A program made the position numbers and the translations under genes. The notes under the pieces are model-generated. The model was not told the DNA's origin. It made no database searches and saw only the letters and a program-made list of their open reading frames with translations. From a virus (Duplodnaviria; Caudoviricetes), in IMG/VR virus record IMGVR_UViG_3300029998_000597: 64,000 nucleotides of DNA. One strand, written 5' to 3'. Below are positions 1 to 8,192 of this stretch, one piece after another. How positions within the stretch are numbered: position 1 is the stretch's first letter; every line of letters begins with the position of its first letter.

Positions 1-1
1 G

Positions 2-211
2 GTTGCTTTTATAAGCTTAGATGAAATCAAAGGAGTTGAAAAGAGGACTACCTGTACTATGATGGCTCAAGCAAACGACGTTAAAGATGCTTGGGATGTA
101 ATTGCAGATGGAATGAAAGGATCAATGGCCGATTATCAAGTTTGTGGTATTGTAGAAACAAATATTTTAGATGTTTATAAATATGAAGTACCAAAAGAAG
201 AGGAGAAATAA
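2..211 (+). CDS. DUF4494-like protein, 3' part (truncated by window edge)
   Basis: Frame 2 open from the edge: VAFISLDEIKGVEKRTT...GMKGSMADYQV..IVETNILDVY, resembling the Bacteroidota DUF4494 C-terminus. Confidence 0.7.
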   Translation, partial: VAFISLDEIKGVEKRTTCTMMAQANDVKDAWDVIADGMKGSMADYQVCGIVETNILDVYKYEVPKEEEK

Positions 212-214
212 ATT

Positions 215-418
215 ATGTTCGGAAAGAAAAAAGTAGTAGAAAATAGTAGGTTGCTTGAAACGCCTGAACAATTCAATAACAGAATTAAAAAAGAAAAGGA
301 TCAATCATTAAAAATTTCATCTGTTGATTTTGCCTTAAAATTTACAGCTGGGTTTAATATGGATGTAGATCATTTAATCAAATCGTCAAAGAAGATTTAC
401 GAATTTATTAGTAAATAA
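215..418 (+). CDS. hypothetical protein
   Basis: 67 aa ORF, 3 nt after the previous stop. Confidence 0.7.
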   Translation: MFGKKKVVENSRLLETPEQFNNRIKKEKDQSLKISSVDFALKFTAGFNMDVDHLIKSSKKIYEFISK

Positions 419-431
419 TTAAATAAAATCT

Positions 432-544
432 GGTTGGTACTGGGGAAACAATTATCTATAGTGGTGAAGGCTGAAATATGCTACAAGAAGAATACCTAAA
501 TGTCTTAATTTCCTGTTACGTGAAATGGATAGCCAACCTTTTTT
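432..544 (+). ncRNA. candidate structured intergenic RNA / long terminator
   Basis: GC-richer intergenic; GGTTGG 432-437 pairs with CCAACC 533-538, followed by a T-run. Confidence 0.3.
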
Positions 545-570
545 ATAAAATAAATTAATTAAAGTAATAT

Positions 571-1152
571 ATGTATAAGATTACAGAAGAAAAAATAAAT
601 GTAAATTTCGTTAGGTTTATTAAAATGCTAAAGAAATACGGTATATATACCGAAAAAATGGTATTAGATGATGAGTTCGATAATTTATTAAAAATCGCAC
701 CATCACATACAAAAGAAGAAAGTGGTGGTGCTTATATCGGAGGTTTAATTGAACATATTTTATTAATCACTGATTACGCAAAAAAAATAAATGAAACGCT
801 ATTATCAGAGGAAGATAGAATTGAAAATAATTCATTAATGAAAACTTGTTTTTTACATCAAATTGCAAAAACAAAAGAATTTGTAGTAAACGATGTTGAA
901 TGGGAAGTTAAGCGAGGAAATTTTTATAAATTCTCTGATGGATTACCAGCCATAAAAACTGGTGAATATTCTGTTTACCTATGCCAAAAATACGGTATTG
1001 AATTAGAAAAAGCTGAATTTGAAGCTATTTTATCAATTGACAAAGAAGATGATTTACAAACTAAGCTGTTCGGAAATATGTTATCCAGAATTTTAAGGGT
1101 TGCCAACGAATTTGCAAATGTTGAACGCAAGAAGAATTTTATTAAAAAATAA
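571..1152 (+). CDS. HD-domain (YhaM-like) protein with degenerate HD motif
   Basis: AP..GGAYIGGLIEH and CFLHQIAK (HD replaced by HQ). Confidence 0.65.
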   Translation: MYKITEEKINVNFVRFIKMLKKYGIYTEKMVLDDEFDNLLKIAPSHTKEESGGAYIGGLIEHILLITDYAKKINETLLSEEDRIENNSLMKTCFLHQIAKTKEFVVNDVEWEVKRGNFYKFSDGLPAIKTGEYSVYLCQKYGIELEKAEFEAILSIDKEDDLQTKLFGNMLSRILRVANEFANVERKKNFIKK

Positions 1153-2198
1153 TGTTAAATAAAGAAGTTAAGTACGGGTTGATGGATATTGAAATTGTTC
1201 AAGGGCAAGTTTCACATATTAATAGTAGGAGTGAATGTAATCCATATATATCGAATGGTATGCTACCTCTTTTTACCGCCCCAATGAGTAGTGTTGTTGA
1301 TTTAAATAATTATAAACTTTTCCAAGAAAATAAAATTAATCCAATTATACCAAGACATATTGATTTACAAATTCGCAAGGAGATGTGTTCTGAAACTTGG
1401 TGTGCTTTTTCTTTAAGTGAATTCAATAAAATAGTTGAGTTTGGTGAGATTAATAATAACATAAAACACTTTATATTAATCGACGTTGCGAATGGTAATA
1501 TGTTTAAATTACATGAATCAATTCGGAATGGTAAATTAAGTTATGGTGATAATTTAGTTATTATGGTAGGTAATATTGCAAACCCAGAGGCATATATTAT
1601 ACTTAGCGAAGCTGGGGCGGATTATGTTCGCTGTGGAATTGGCGGCGGCGCTGGTTGTATAACTTCCTCAAACACAGGTATTCACTATCCGATGGCGAGT
1701 CTAATCTCAGAATGTTTTGATGCATCTTTAAAGCTGAGAAATCCAGCAAGAATTGTTGCAGACGGGGGAATCAAAGGTTATTCGGATATAAATAAATGTT
1801 TGGCGCTGGGGGCAGATTATGTTATGTGTGGATCTATTTTTAATAAAATGCTTGAAAGTGCTGGGGAAACAATATATACAGATAATACCACAAAAGTTGA
1901 TCAATATTCAAGCACGATTTTAGACGAATTTAAGGAAGGTTATATGTTCGATAAGGTGTTTTATGGTATGAGCACTAAAAAGGCCCAGAAAGAGCTTGGA
2001 AATGCGAAATTAAAGACATCTGAGGGTATAGAGAGAACCTATCGTGTTGAATACACAATGAATCAATGGGTAAATAATTTTACCCACTATTTAAAGTCAG
2101 CAATGTCCTATACCAATTCAAAAGATTTAGATGATTTTATAGGTGAAGTTGAAACTATAATTATTTCACAAGCGGCTCAAAATGCGATAAACAAATAA
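1152..2198 (+). CDS. guaC: GMP reductase / IMP dehydrogenase family, no CBS domains
   Basis: APMSSV, IDVANG, GIGGGAGCIT (catalytic Cys), ADGGIK, GADYVM, FYGMST, SEG, SAMSYT. Confidence 0.85.
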   Translation: MLNKEVKYGLMDIEIVQGQVSHINSRSECNPYISNGMLPLFTAPMSSVVDLNNYKLFQENKINPIIPRHIDLQIRKEMCSETWCAFSLSEFNKIVEFGEINNNIKHFILIDVANGNMFKLHESIRNGKLSYGDNLVIMVGNIANPEAYIILSEAGADYVRCGIGGGAGCITSSNTGIHYPMASLISECFDASLKLRNPARIVADGGIKGYSDINKCLALGADYVMCGSIFNKMLESAGETIYTDNTTKVDQYSSTILDEFKEGYMFDKVFYGMSTKKAQKELGNAKLKTSEGIERTYRVEYTMNQWVNNFTHYLKSAMSYTNSKDLDDFIGEVETIIISQAAQNAINK

Positions 2199-2282
2199 TT
2201 ATTGCTTAACTGGTGGGTTAGATGGTTGAGTAGTTTGTTTTTTGCAACCGCAATCTTCTTTTATTAATAATATAATGTCCAT
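2199..2282 (-). CDS. 27-aa micropeptide MDIILLIKEDCGCKKQTTQPSNPPVKQ
   Basis: Hand-translated; TATTTATA motif 13 nt upstream on the same strand. Confidence 0.5.
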   Translation of the reverse strand: MDIILLIKEDCGCKKQTTQPSNPPVKQ

Positions 2283-2295
2283 AGTTTTATTTTAA

Positions 2296-2303
2296 TATAA
2301 ATA
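2296..2303 (-). promoter_or_regulatory. TATTTATA putative late-promoter motif
   Basis: Same octamer precedes several counter-oriented genes. Confidence 0.5.
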
Positions 2304-2345
2304 CGACCAACTTTATATTTTTTGAATATTTTTATTTAAAAAAAC

Positions 2346-2376
2346 TTGTTTTTCTCACTTTTTATTAGTACATTTG
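2346..2376 (+). promoter_or_regulatory. Bacteroidota-type sigma promoter TTG-N20-TAnnTTTG
   Basis: TTG 2346, TACATTTG 2369-2376. Confidence 0.85.
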
Positions 2377-2389
2377 TTTAAATTGATAT

Positions 2390-2611
2390 ATGATAGAGTA
2401 TATTTTTTGTTTAGTTTTTAAAATAATTCGCAATAGGTATTATATAGTTTTTGAAGATGGAACAAGTGAAAGGATATTTTTAACTCACTCCCCAAATATT
2501 ATATACTTTTCAAAGGAGCATTTATATTACTCAGTTCAAAGTGAGACGAGTGAAGTTATAAATAAAACATTAGTATATAATTGGTTAAAGGTTGAAAAAA
2601 TAGAAAAATAA
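2390..2611 (+). CDS. hypothetical protein
   Basis: 73 aa ORF directly after the promoter. Confidence 0.65.
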   Translation: MIEYIFCLVFKIIRNRYYIVFEDGTSERIFLTHSPNIIYFSKEHLYYSVQSETSEVINKTLVYNWLKVEKIEK

Positions 2612-2614
2612 AAT

Positions 2615-2761
2615 ATGAAACTATATAAAAAGATTTTAGAAAAATTAAGAATAATAAATAGAAGTGACATTATATTTTATAGTAAACTAGCACTAATTTT
2701 AGGTTTATTTGGGTATACCATATTGAGCGTTATAATGACTTTAATTTATTTCCCAATTTAA
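2615..2761 (+). CDS. 48-aa membrane peptide
   Basis: Hand-translated MKLYKKILEKL...LALILGLFGYTILSVIMTLIYFPI; below the ORF track cutoff. Confidence 0.55.
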   Translation: MKLYKKILEKLRIINRSDIIFYSKLALILGLFGYTILSVIMTLIYFPI

Positions 2762-2778
2762 AAACAAATTAAATAAAT

Positions 2779-3081
2779 ATGAAACCAATAGACTTCAAAG
2801 ACAGTAATGTTACATTTGCAAAAGATCAACCAGAATATATACCACTCCCAGCTTTAAGACTACATTCAAATGGTGGTGAAGTTATCTCTTGTTGGAAAAT
2901 GTCTTTTATAGAACGCTTAAAAGTGTTATTTACGGGTAAAGTTTGGTTAAGTTTAATGATGTTCGGACAACCAGTAACTCCAAGTTTTCTATCTGTATAT
3001 AGAAAAAAAGTGTATTCACACCCGAACGACATATATTCAATTAAAAATAAATTAATGAAACTTTTCAAATGCAAGAATTAA
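2779..3081 (+). CDS. hypothetical protein
   Basis: 100 aa ORF in the + run. Confidence 0.75.
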   Translation: MKPIDFKDSNVTFAKDQPEYIPLPALRLHSNGGEVISCWKMSFIERLKVLFTGKVWLSLMMFGQPVTPSFLSVYRKKVYSHPNDIYSIKNKLMKLFKCKN

Positions 3082-3422
3082 TAAAACAAATAAAAGAAAA
3101 GGGTTTTAAACCTATGAAATTCGCCATATTTAATTATATGGATGATAATGGGTATATAACTGAAATGGAAGGTATATTCAAAAGAAAATTTGCAATTTCT
3201 GATTTTGAGTATTTATATTTTGATTTAGAAGTGAATGAAAAAAATGGATTAAAATATAGAACCCATAATATATTGCAAAGGTTCTACGATTTACAAAATT
3301 TAGTTGAAGTTAAAATACAAAGTAATAAAGAACTACCAATGGTAAAATTATTCATATTGAAAGATGAAGGTCAAGTATTTCTTGTGAAATTACTGGACTT
3401 TAATTTAATAGAATTAATATAA
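3069..3422 (+). CDS. hypothetical protein
   Basis: 117 aa ORF overlapping the upstream stop. Confidence 0.7.
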   Translation: MQELIKQIKEKGFKPMKFAIFNYMDDNGYITEMEGIFKRKFAISDFEYLYFDLEVNEKNGLKYRTHNILQRFYDLQNLVEVKIQSNKELPMVKLFILKDEGQVFLVKLLDFNLIELI

Positions 3423-3431
3423 AATAAATAT

Positions 3432-3857
3432 ATGAAAAATTTAATAGAAATAAATATTCCAAATGAATATAAAAAATTAATTAAATATAATGATAATAAA
3501 ATAATTATTGATTTTATCAAAATAGATAAGAATAAAGAAATGGAGGATTTCTTTCGTTGTTTTTTAATCGATTTATCAATTGTTATTAAACCTGAATATC
3601 CTAATTCTGTATTTTATAAAGATAATAAAAATGATGAAGTTATTTTTGAATTATATCAGGATTCAGAAAATAAAGAAAAAAGGTATTTCTATGTTCATTA
3701 TGATAAAATTTGGTCAGTTTTTGGAAGTAACTTCGGTCTTAATTATAATGAAACTCAGTCCTTTATAAAAGACAGGGTGGAAGATACTCTAAAATTAGGA
3801 TCAGTAACACCTTGGAAGACAGGTCGTCGGAAAACGATTTGGTGGAAGATACTCTAA
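3432..3857 (+). CDS. hypothetical protein whose C-terminus is encoded by the mini-array
   Basis: VEDTLKLGSVTP is repeat 1; WKTGRRKTI is spacer 1; the stop lies inside repeat 2. Confidence 0.8.
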   Translation: MKNLIEINIPNEYKKLIKYNDNKIIIDFIKIDKNKEMEDFFRCFLIDLSIVIKPEYPNSVFYKDNKNDEVIFELYQDSENKEKRYFYVHYDKIWSVFGSNFGLNYNETQSFIKDRVEDTLKLGSVTPWKTGRRKTIWWKIL

Positions 3858-3925
3858 AATTAGGATCAGTAACACCAGATGTGGGAGGTAATAGTGTGAG
3901 AGTATGGTGGAAGAAACTCTAAAAT
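3776..3925. CRISPR. CRISPR-like mini-array, type VI-B-like repeat, no cas genes in window
   Basis: Identical 36-nt repeats GGTGGAAGATACTCTAAAATTAGGATCAGTAACACC at 3776-3811 and 3841-3876; 20-nt partial copy (1 mismatch) at 3906-3925; two unrelated 29-nt spacers; period exactly 65. Confidence 0.7.
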
Positions 3926-3964
3926 AAATAATAAATATTAATAAATTAAAAAAAAAGTAAAAAA

Positions 3965-4318
3965 ATGGCAAATTTAAGTTTTTCGGGTAAAATTACAGAA
4001 ATTGGTGTTACACAATCAGGAACTGGTAAAAATGGGGAATGGTCCAATACAACTATCAGAGTAGAAGAAACAGAGGGTGAACACCCAAATTCAATTATTT
4101 TTAGTGCATTAAATAAACAAGAAATTGTAGATACTTTATCAGTAGGTGCTATTGTTGAAGTATTATATAACGCAAAAACAAACGACTACAATGGTAAGAC
4201 ATATAATAGTTTAAATGTGTGGAAAATTAATAACACAGGAGGATCTCAGGAAATGCCTGATACAACACAAAAGACCACAACACAAGCACCATCGGAAGTA
4301 GATGATCTCCCATTTTAA
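3965..4318 (+). CDS. single-stranded DNA-binding protein (DUF3127-like OB fold)
   Basis: GKITEIG..SG..KNGEW, YNSLNVWKI, acidic tail ending DDLPF. Confidence 0.8.
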   Translation: MANLSFSGKITEIGVTQSGTGKNGEWSNTTIRVEETEGEHPNSIIFSALNKQEIVDTLSVGAIVEVLYNAKTNDYNGKTYNSLNVWKINNTGGSQEMPDTTQKTTTQAPSEVDDLPF

Positions 4319-4336
4319 AAAATAACTTTAAATGAA

Positions 4337-4380
4337 AATAACCCAAATCTAATTTATATTATGATTTGGGTTATTTTTTT
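4337..4380 (+). terminator. intrinsic terminator
   Basis: 13-bp stem AATAACCCAAATC/GATTTGGGTTATT plus T-run. Confidence 0.8.
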
Positions 4381-4390
4381 ATATAAAAAC

Positions 4391-4421
4391 TTGTTTTTCT
4401 CATATTTTATTGGTACATTTG
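4391..4421 (+). promoter_or_regulatory. TTG-N20-TAnnTTTG promoter
   Basis: TTG 4391, TACATTTG 4414-4421. Confidence 0.85.
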
Positions 4422-4436
4422 TTTAAATTAAATGCA

Positions 4437-5087
4437 ATGTATAAAGTCATTAAATATAAAGACCTTATCGATGATGTTGAATTGTATGATGTAATCCTTA
4501 TAGGAACGAATACCTACTGTACAATGAACAATGGGTTTCAAGGTAAGGTCAGAAAAAAATTTAAATATGTCTACGATCTAAATTTATCAACAAAATATGG
4601 TGATAAAAATAAATTAGGGAAAAGAGTTACAACAAAAAATACCATCCCATTATTTTCATTATGTTTTATTACTTCTGGATATAATTTTAGACCTGATCTA
4701 TTACCAGTTTATATAGATTACAATGCATTAGAAAACTGTCTTAAAACAGCCAATAATGAGTTCCAAGGATTAAGAGTTGCAACAACTATGATAGGTTGTG
4801 AGGAGTTTGATGGAAACGGGGATAGGCGCAAGGTTATTAGAATGATAAAAAAATATTGCGATAAAATAGACCTTTATGTTTATAATTACCGACAAATTAA
4901 AGGGAAATATGAAAGGGTAGTTGAATTTAAAAAGAATGCCAGTATATGTAAAGGGCATTCGGATGTTTCAAAATCAATCGTAGATAAACAAATTTTTGAG
5001 AGGTCTAAATTGAATACCTTTGAAGAACCAGTAGGAAAAAAAAAGAGAACAAGGAAAGAAATATTAAATTTATTAAAAAGAGATTAG
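4437..5087 (+). CDS. divergent macrodomain-like protein
   Basis: Colinear with 36136-36663 (NTYCTM..GF, KNKLG, DYNALENCL, MIG..GNGD); ATG 4437 preferred because the track start overlaps the promoter. Confidence 0.55.
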   Translation: MYKVIKYKDLIDDVELYDVILIGTNTYCTMNNGFQGKVRKKFKYVYDLNLSTKYGDKNKLGKRVTTKNTIPLFSLCFITSGYNFRPDLLPVYIDYNALENCLKTANNEFQGLRVATTMIGCEEFDGNGDRRKVIRMIKKYCDKIDLYVYNYRQIKGKYERVVEFKKNASICKGHSDVSKSIVDKQIFERSKLNTFEEPVGKKKRTRKEILNLLKRD

Positions 5088-5094
5088 AAAAATA

Positions 5095-5544
5095 ATGATA
5101 AGATTTTCGAAGGAAATACAAGGAACAAGGAATAGTGATGATTATGCTACACCAATTAAATTTTTAAAAGAATTAAATAAAGAATTTAGTTTCGATTTTG
5201 ATCCGTGCCCACTTAAAAGTGAAATTGATGGTCTTACAATTGAATGGAATGGTAATATTTATATCAACCCACCATATAGTAATATTGAACCATTTATCAT
5301 CAAAGGAATTGATGAAATAAAGGCTGGAAGGGCAAACACATGTGTTTATTTAATACCTTGTAGAAGCGATACAAAATATTGGCATAATTTAGTTTTAGAA
5401 TATGCTAGTGAAATTCGTTTCATTAAAGGTAGATTAAACTTTAACGAAAGCAAAAGTCCAGCACCTTTCCCGTGTGTTTTAGTTATATTTGATAATTTAT
5501 TAAATGGGGCTTGTAATTGTATTAGTCATTACCAAAACTTATAA
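5095..5544 (+). CDS. phage N6-adenine DNA methyltransferase (Dam-like)
   Basis: DDYATP, FDFDPCP, NPPY, RFIKGRLNF, APFP. Confidence 0.85.
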   Translation: MIRFSKEIQGTRNSDDYATPIKFLKELNKEFSFDFDPCPLKSEIDGLTIEWNGNIYINPPYSNIEPFIIKGIDEIKAGRANTCVYLIPCRSDTKYWHNLVLEYASEIRFIKGRLNFNESKSPAPFPCVLVIFDNLLNGACNCISHYQNL

Positions 5545-5737
5545 ATATATTATGAAAAGATATCTTATTATTAGCGATGGGTTCGATTTATTTCAAACTG
5601 ATTATTTAAAACGCGAAGACTTTATTGAAAATTGGGTTTACTTAGTAGTAGATACTAAAACTGGTAAAGCGATGAGTGGGGATGCTGATTTTATTATTAG
5701 TGAAAGTTGGTGGAAAATAGAAGACTTTGGGGAATAA
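5504..5737 (+). CDS. hypothetical protein (likely start 5552)
   Basis: ORF in the + run. Confidence 0.6.
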   Translation: MGLVIVLVITKTYKYIMKRYLIISDGFDLFQTDYLKREDFIENWVYLVVDTKTGKAMSGDADFIISESWWKIEDFGE

Positions 5738-6263
5738 AATTATAAAAAATATGGATGTAAAAATTTACAAGGATGGTAAAGGTAATGTAGTGGTTACTGA
5801 AGATTATTTCAGAGACATTATTTATTATTGTAATAATGATGTTATCAGAAATTATGGTAATAGTGTGTTATATCAAAAATATATCGTTGAAACAAGATCC
5901 GATAATTATTTTTTAACAAAAAGGTTCGAACACCAACCAAATACTATATCATGGTATGATGGGGATGCTATTTGTAAAGTAAATGAGTTATTTAAAGATA
6001 CAATTCTAAAACGAGAACCGATTGATATATCTAAATTAAACCCAATTACAGATGATTCGATAATAATGAAAGATGGGCCCAAACCAATAGGTATAAACGA
6101 TAGAGGATGGGTGATATGTGAACCAGAAATCGAACCCTGGAAAATAGAAGTTGCTTTTAGGTCAGAAGGTGATTATTTAACAATATCGGAAGACGGAGTA
6201 AACAATAGGCCTTGGACAAATGAAGAAATTGATAAGATTAACAATAAAATAAATAACATTTAA
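5727..6263 (+). CDS. hypothetical protein (likely start 5751)
   Basis: 178 aa ORF. Confidence 0.75.
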   Translation: MGNKIIKNMDVKIYKDGKGNVVVTEDYFRDIIYYCNNDVIRNYGNSVLYQKYIVETRSDNYFLTKRFEHQPNTISWYDGDAICKVNELFKDTILKREPIDISKLNPITDDSIIMKDGPKPIGINDRGWVICEPEIEPWKIEVAFRSEGDYLTISEDGVNNRPWTNEEIDKINNKINNI

Positions 6264-6267
6264 TAAT

Positions 6268-6945
6268 ATGACAAATACACAACGACACGCAAAAACAGAA
6301 TTGGAACTTTTAAGTAAAATACATTTGGACCCAGATAACCGTCCAATAGTGGAAAATTTTATACCAGAGATATTAGCTTTATGTGAAAAGTTTGGGAATA
6401 GTGGTAAAAGTGGTGCATCGGCACCTTATATAGCTGGAGCAATCGCATCAACCATTAAAAAGCTATTATCATTTAAACCAATTAGCCCAATCAGTGGACT
6501 CGATGAGGAATGGGGAGATGTATCAGATATTGCTGGTGGTTCAGAGGAATTATATCAAAATATGAGATGTGGTGGTATTCTTAAACATAGCAAGGACGGT
6601 CAGGCATCATATGTTGATGCAATTGTTTGGCGAGGGCAATACCCTGGAGATGAAGAATCGGAAAAATGGGATGATACTTTTACAGGTAGAGTATGCGGAT
6701 ATCATAGTTCTCAAAATATAAAATCATTTCCATTCACTCCAAAAACATTTTATGTTGATGTCATTCGAGAACAATTACCAGATGATTGGACAGAAGAGCC
6801 TTATATTGAAGGATCAGATTGGTACGATTCAAAAGAATTTGAAGAAACAGGTATTAAAACCTGGCACAAAAATAATTATCGATATTATATTAAGGATCAA
6901 AAACAATTAGATGAAGTATTTGAATATTATGATAGGAAAGATTAA
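6268..6945 (+). CDS. conserved phage hypothetical protein
   Basis: 225 aa; HAKTELELL, GKSGASA, PISPISG.DEEW motifs. Confidence 0.75.
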   Translation: MTNTQRHAKTELELLSKIHLDPDNRPIVENFIPEILALCEKFGNSGKSGASAPYIAGAIASTIKKLLSFKPISPISGLDEEWGDVSDIAGGSEELYQNMRCGGILKHSKDGQASYVDAIVWRGQYPGDEESEKWDDTFTGRVCGYHSSQNIKSFPFTPKTFYVDVIREQLPDDWTEEPYIEGSDWYDSKEFEETGIKTWHKNNYRYYIKDQKQLDEVFEYYDRKD

Positions 6946-7288
6946 ATATATGAAAAATTTTATAAAAAATATCTTAGGTAAGTGTATTGGTAAAGTTGAA
7001 TTCATAGTTACAATTACAAATGTCTCAGGTTGCGTTGAAAAATATACACTTGATTCAATGAAGAATGTCGAAAGCTATGTATGTGGGATAAACTCAGAAG
7101 CATATTGGATGGTATCTGAAATAGAAAAAATAAGAAGACTTAATTTCAATTTTAATAAAGAAGTAATACACACACCACTACATTTCTCCTTAGATACTGT
7201 CACAGAACGTGATAAATGTAGTGGTTATGAATATAATTTTTTAAAAATAAATGAAAGCCTAAAAAATATTAAACGAAAAGTATGGTAG
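6911..7288 (+). CDS. hypothetical protein
   Basis: ORF in the + run. Confidence 0.65.
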   Translation: MKYLNIMIGKIKYMKNFIKNILGKCIGKVEFIVTITNVSGCVEKYTLDSMKNVESYVCGINSEAYWMVSEIEKIRRLNFNFNKEVIHTPLHFSLDTVTERDKCSGYEYNFLKINESLKNIKRKVW

Positions 7289-7297
7289 AAAAAATAT

Positions 7298-7522
7298 ATG
7301 AAAGAATCAAATGAAATTTCAAACGCATTAAGTGTATTATGTGAAGCACTTCAAAACGACGAAGGCTATAGAATTGGTTGGGTTGTAAATATTGCAATGG
7401 CATATATTGATAACGAACGTTGGTACAAAGAAAAAACTGATAAAGAAGTGTTAGATGATAAAGATAAATTCATAATAGCAAACAATTCAGCAGAATATTT
7501 TATTAATAAACTTTGTAAATAA
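7298..7522 (+). CDS. hypothetical protein
   Basis: ORF in the + run. Confidence 0.7.
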   Translation: MKESNEISNALSVLCEALQNDEGYRIGWVVNIAMAYIDNERWYKEKTDKEVLDDKDKFIIANNSAEYFINKLCK

Positions 7523-7530
7523 ATAATAAT

Positions 7531-7848
7531 ATGAAAAAAGTGACATTTGAAGAATATTTATCAGACGATGGTGATATTGAAATAGCAAAAGAATTAATGG
7601 TTTTAATACAATTGGATAATGGTTGTGTTAACAGACAAGAAAAAGAAAGTTATCCAGAAAAATGGGTTAAAAAAATAAGTAAATCAGCTGGCTACTTTTT
7701 TTATTTATATCCTGAATTTTTGGGTGATACAGCAATATCAGAATTAGCGGGTGATATAAATGAAATTGATTTTATTGATAAATACTCACTTTTGAGCGGA
7801 ATAGGTCAATTAATGGGAGATTTAGAAGAATATTTTAATAATTTATAA
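7531..7848 (+). CDS. hypothetical protein
   Basis: ORF in the + run. Confidence 0.7.
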   Translation: MKKVTFEEYLSDDGDIEIAKELMVLIQLDNGCVNRQEKESYPEKWVKKISKSAGYFFYLYPEFLGDTAISELAGDINEIDFIDKYSLLSGIGQLMGDLEEYFNNL

Positions 7849-7850
7849 AA

Positions 7851-8192
7851 ATGGAAGAAATAAAACCAGGAAAAACAATTATTTTAAACACACATTTGAA
7901 TACAACGTTTATTGCAAGTGGTGGTGATTTAGGTATTTTAGATTATGATAAATATAAAGGTAAATTTGAATGGGCTGGAGAGTTGTCTATCAGTATTAAT
8001 AAAAAAGAAGAGTTATCAGATTTTTTAGATTGGGTACATAACAACTGGTATATTCCGTTTGGAAGTGATGGTCAGTGGAAATTGGATGTGGATAATGAAG
8101 AATATACGTTACCAATCCCTCCCGATGGTTTGAATTGTTTTGATTCTGATTATATTGCTTCAAGATATTTAAATGGGGAGGGTATGTCGTAA
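7851..8192 (+). CDS. hypothetical protein
   Basis: ORF in the + run. Confidence 0.7.
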   Translation: MEEIKPGKTIILNTHLNTTFIASGGDLGILDYDKYKGKFEWAGELSISINKKEELSDFLDWVHNNWYIPFGSDGQWKLDVDNEEYTLPIPPDGLNCFDSDYIASRYLNGEGMS

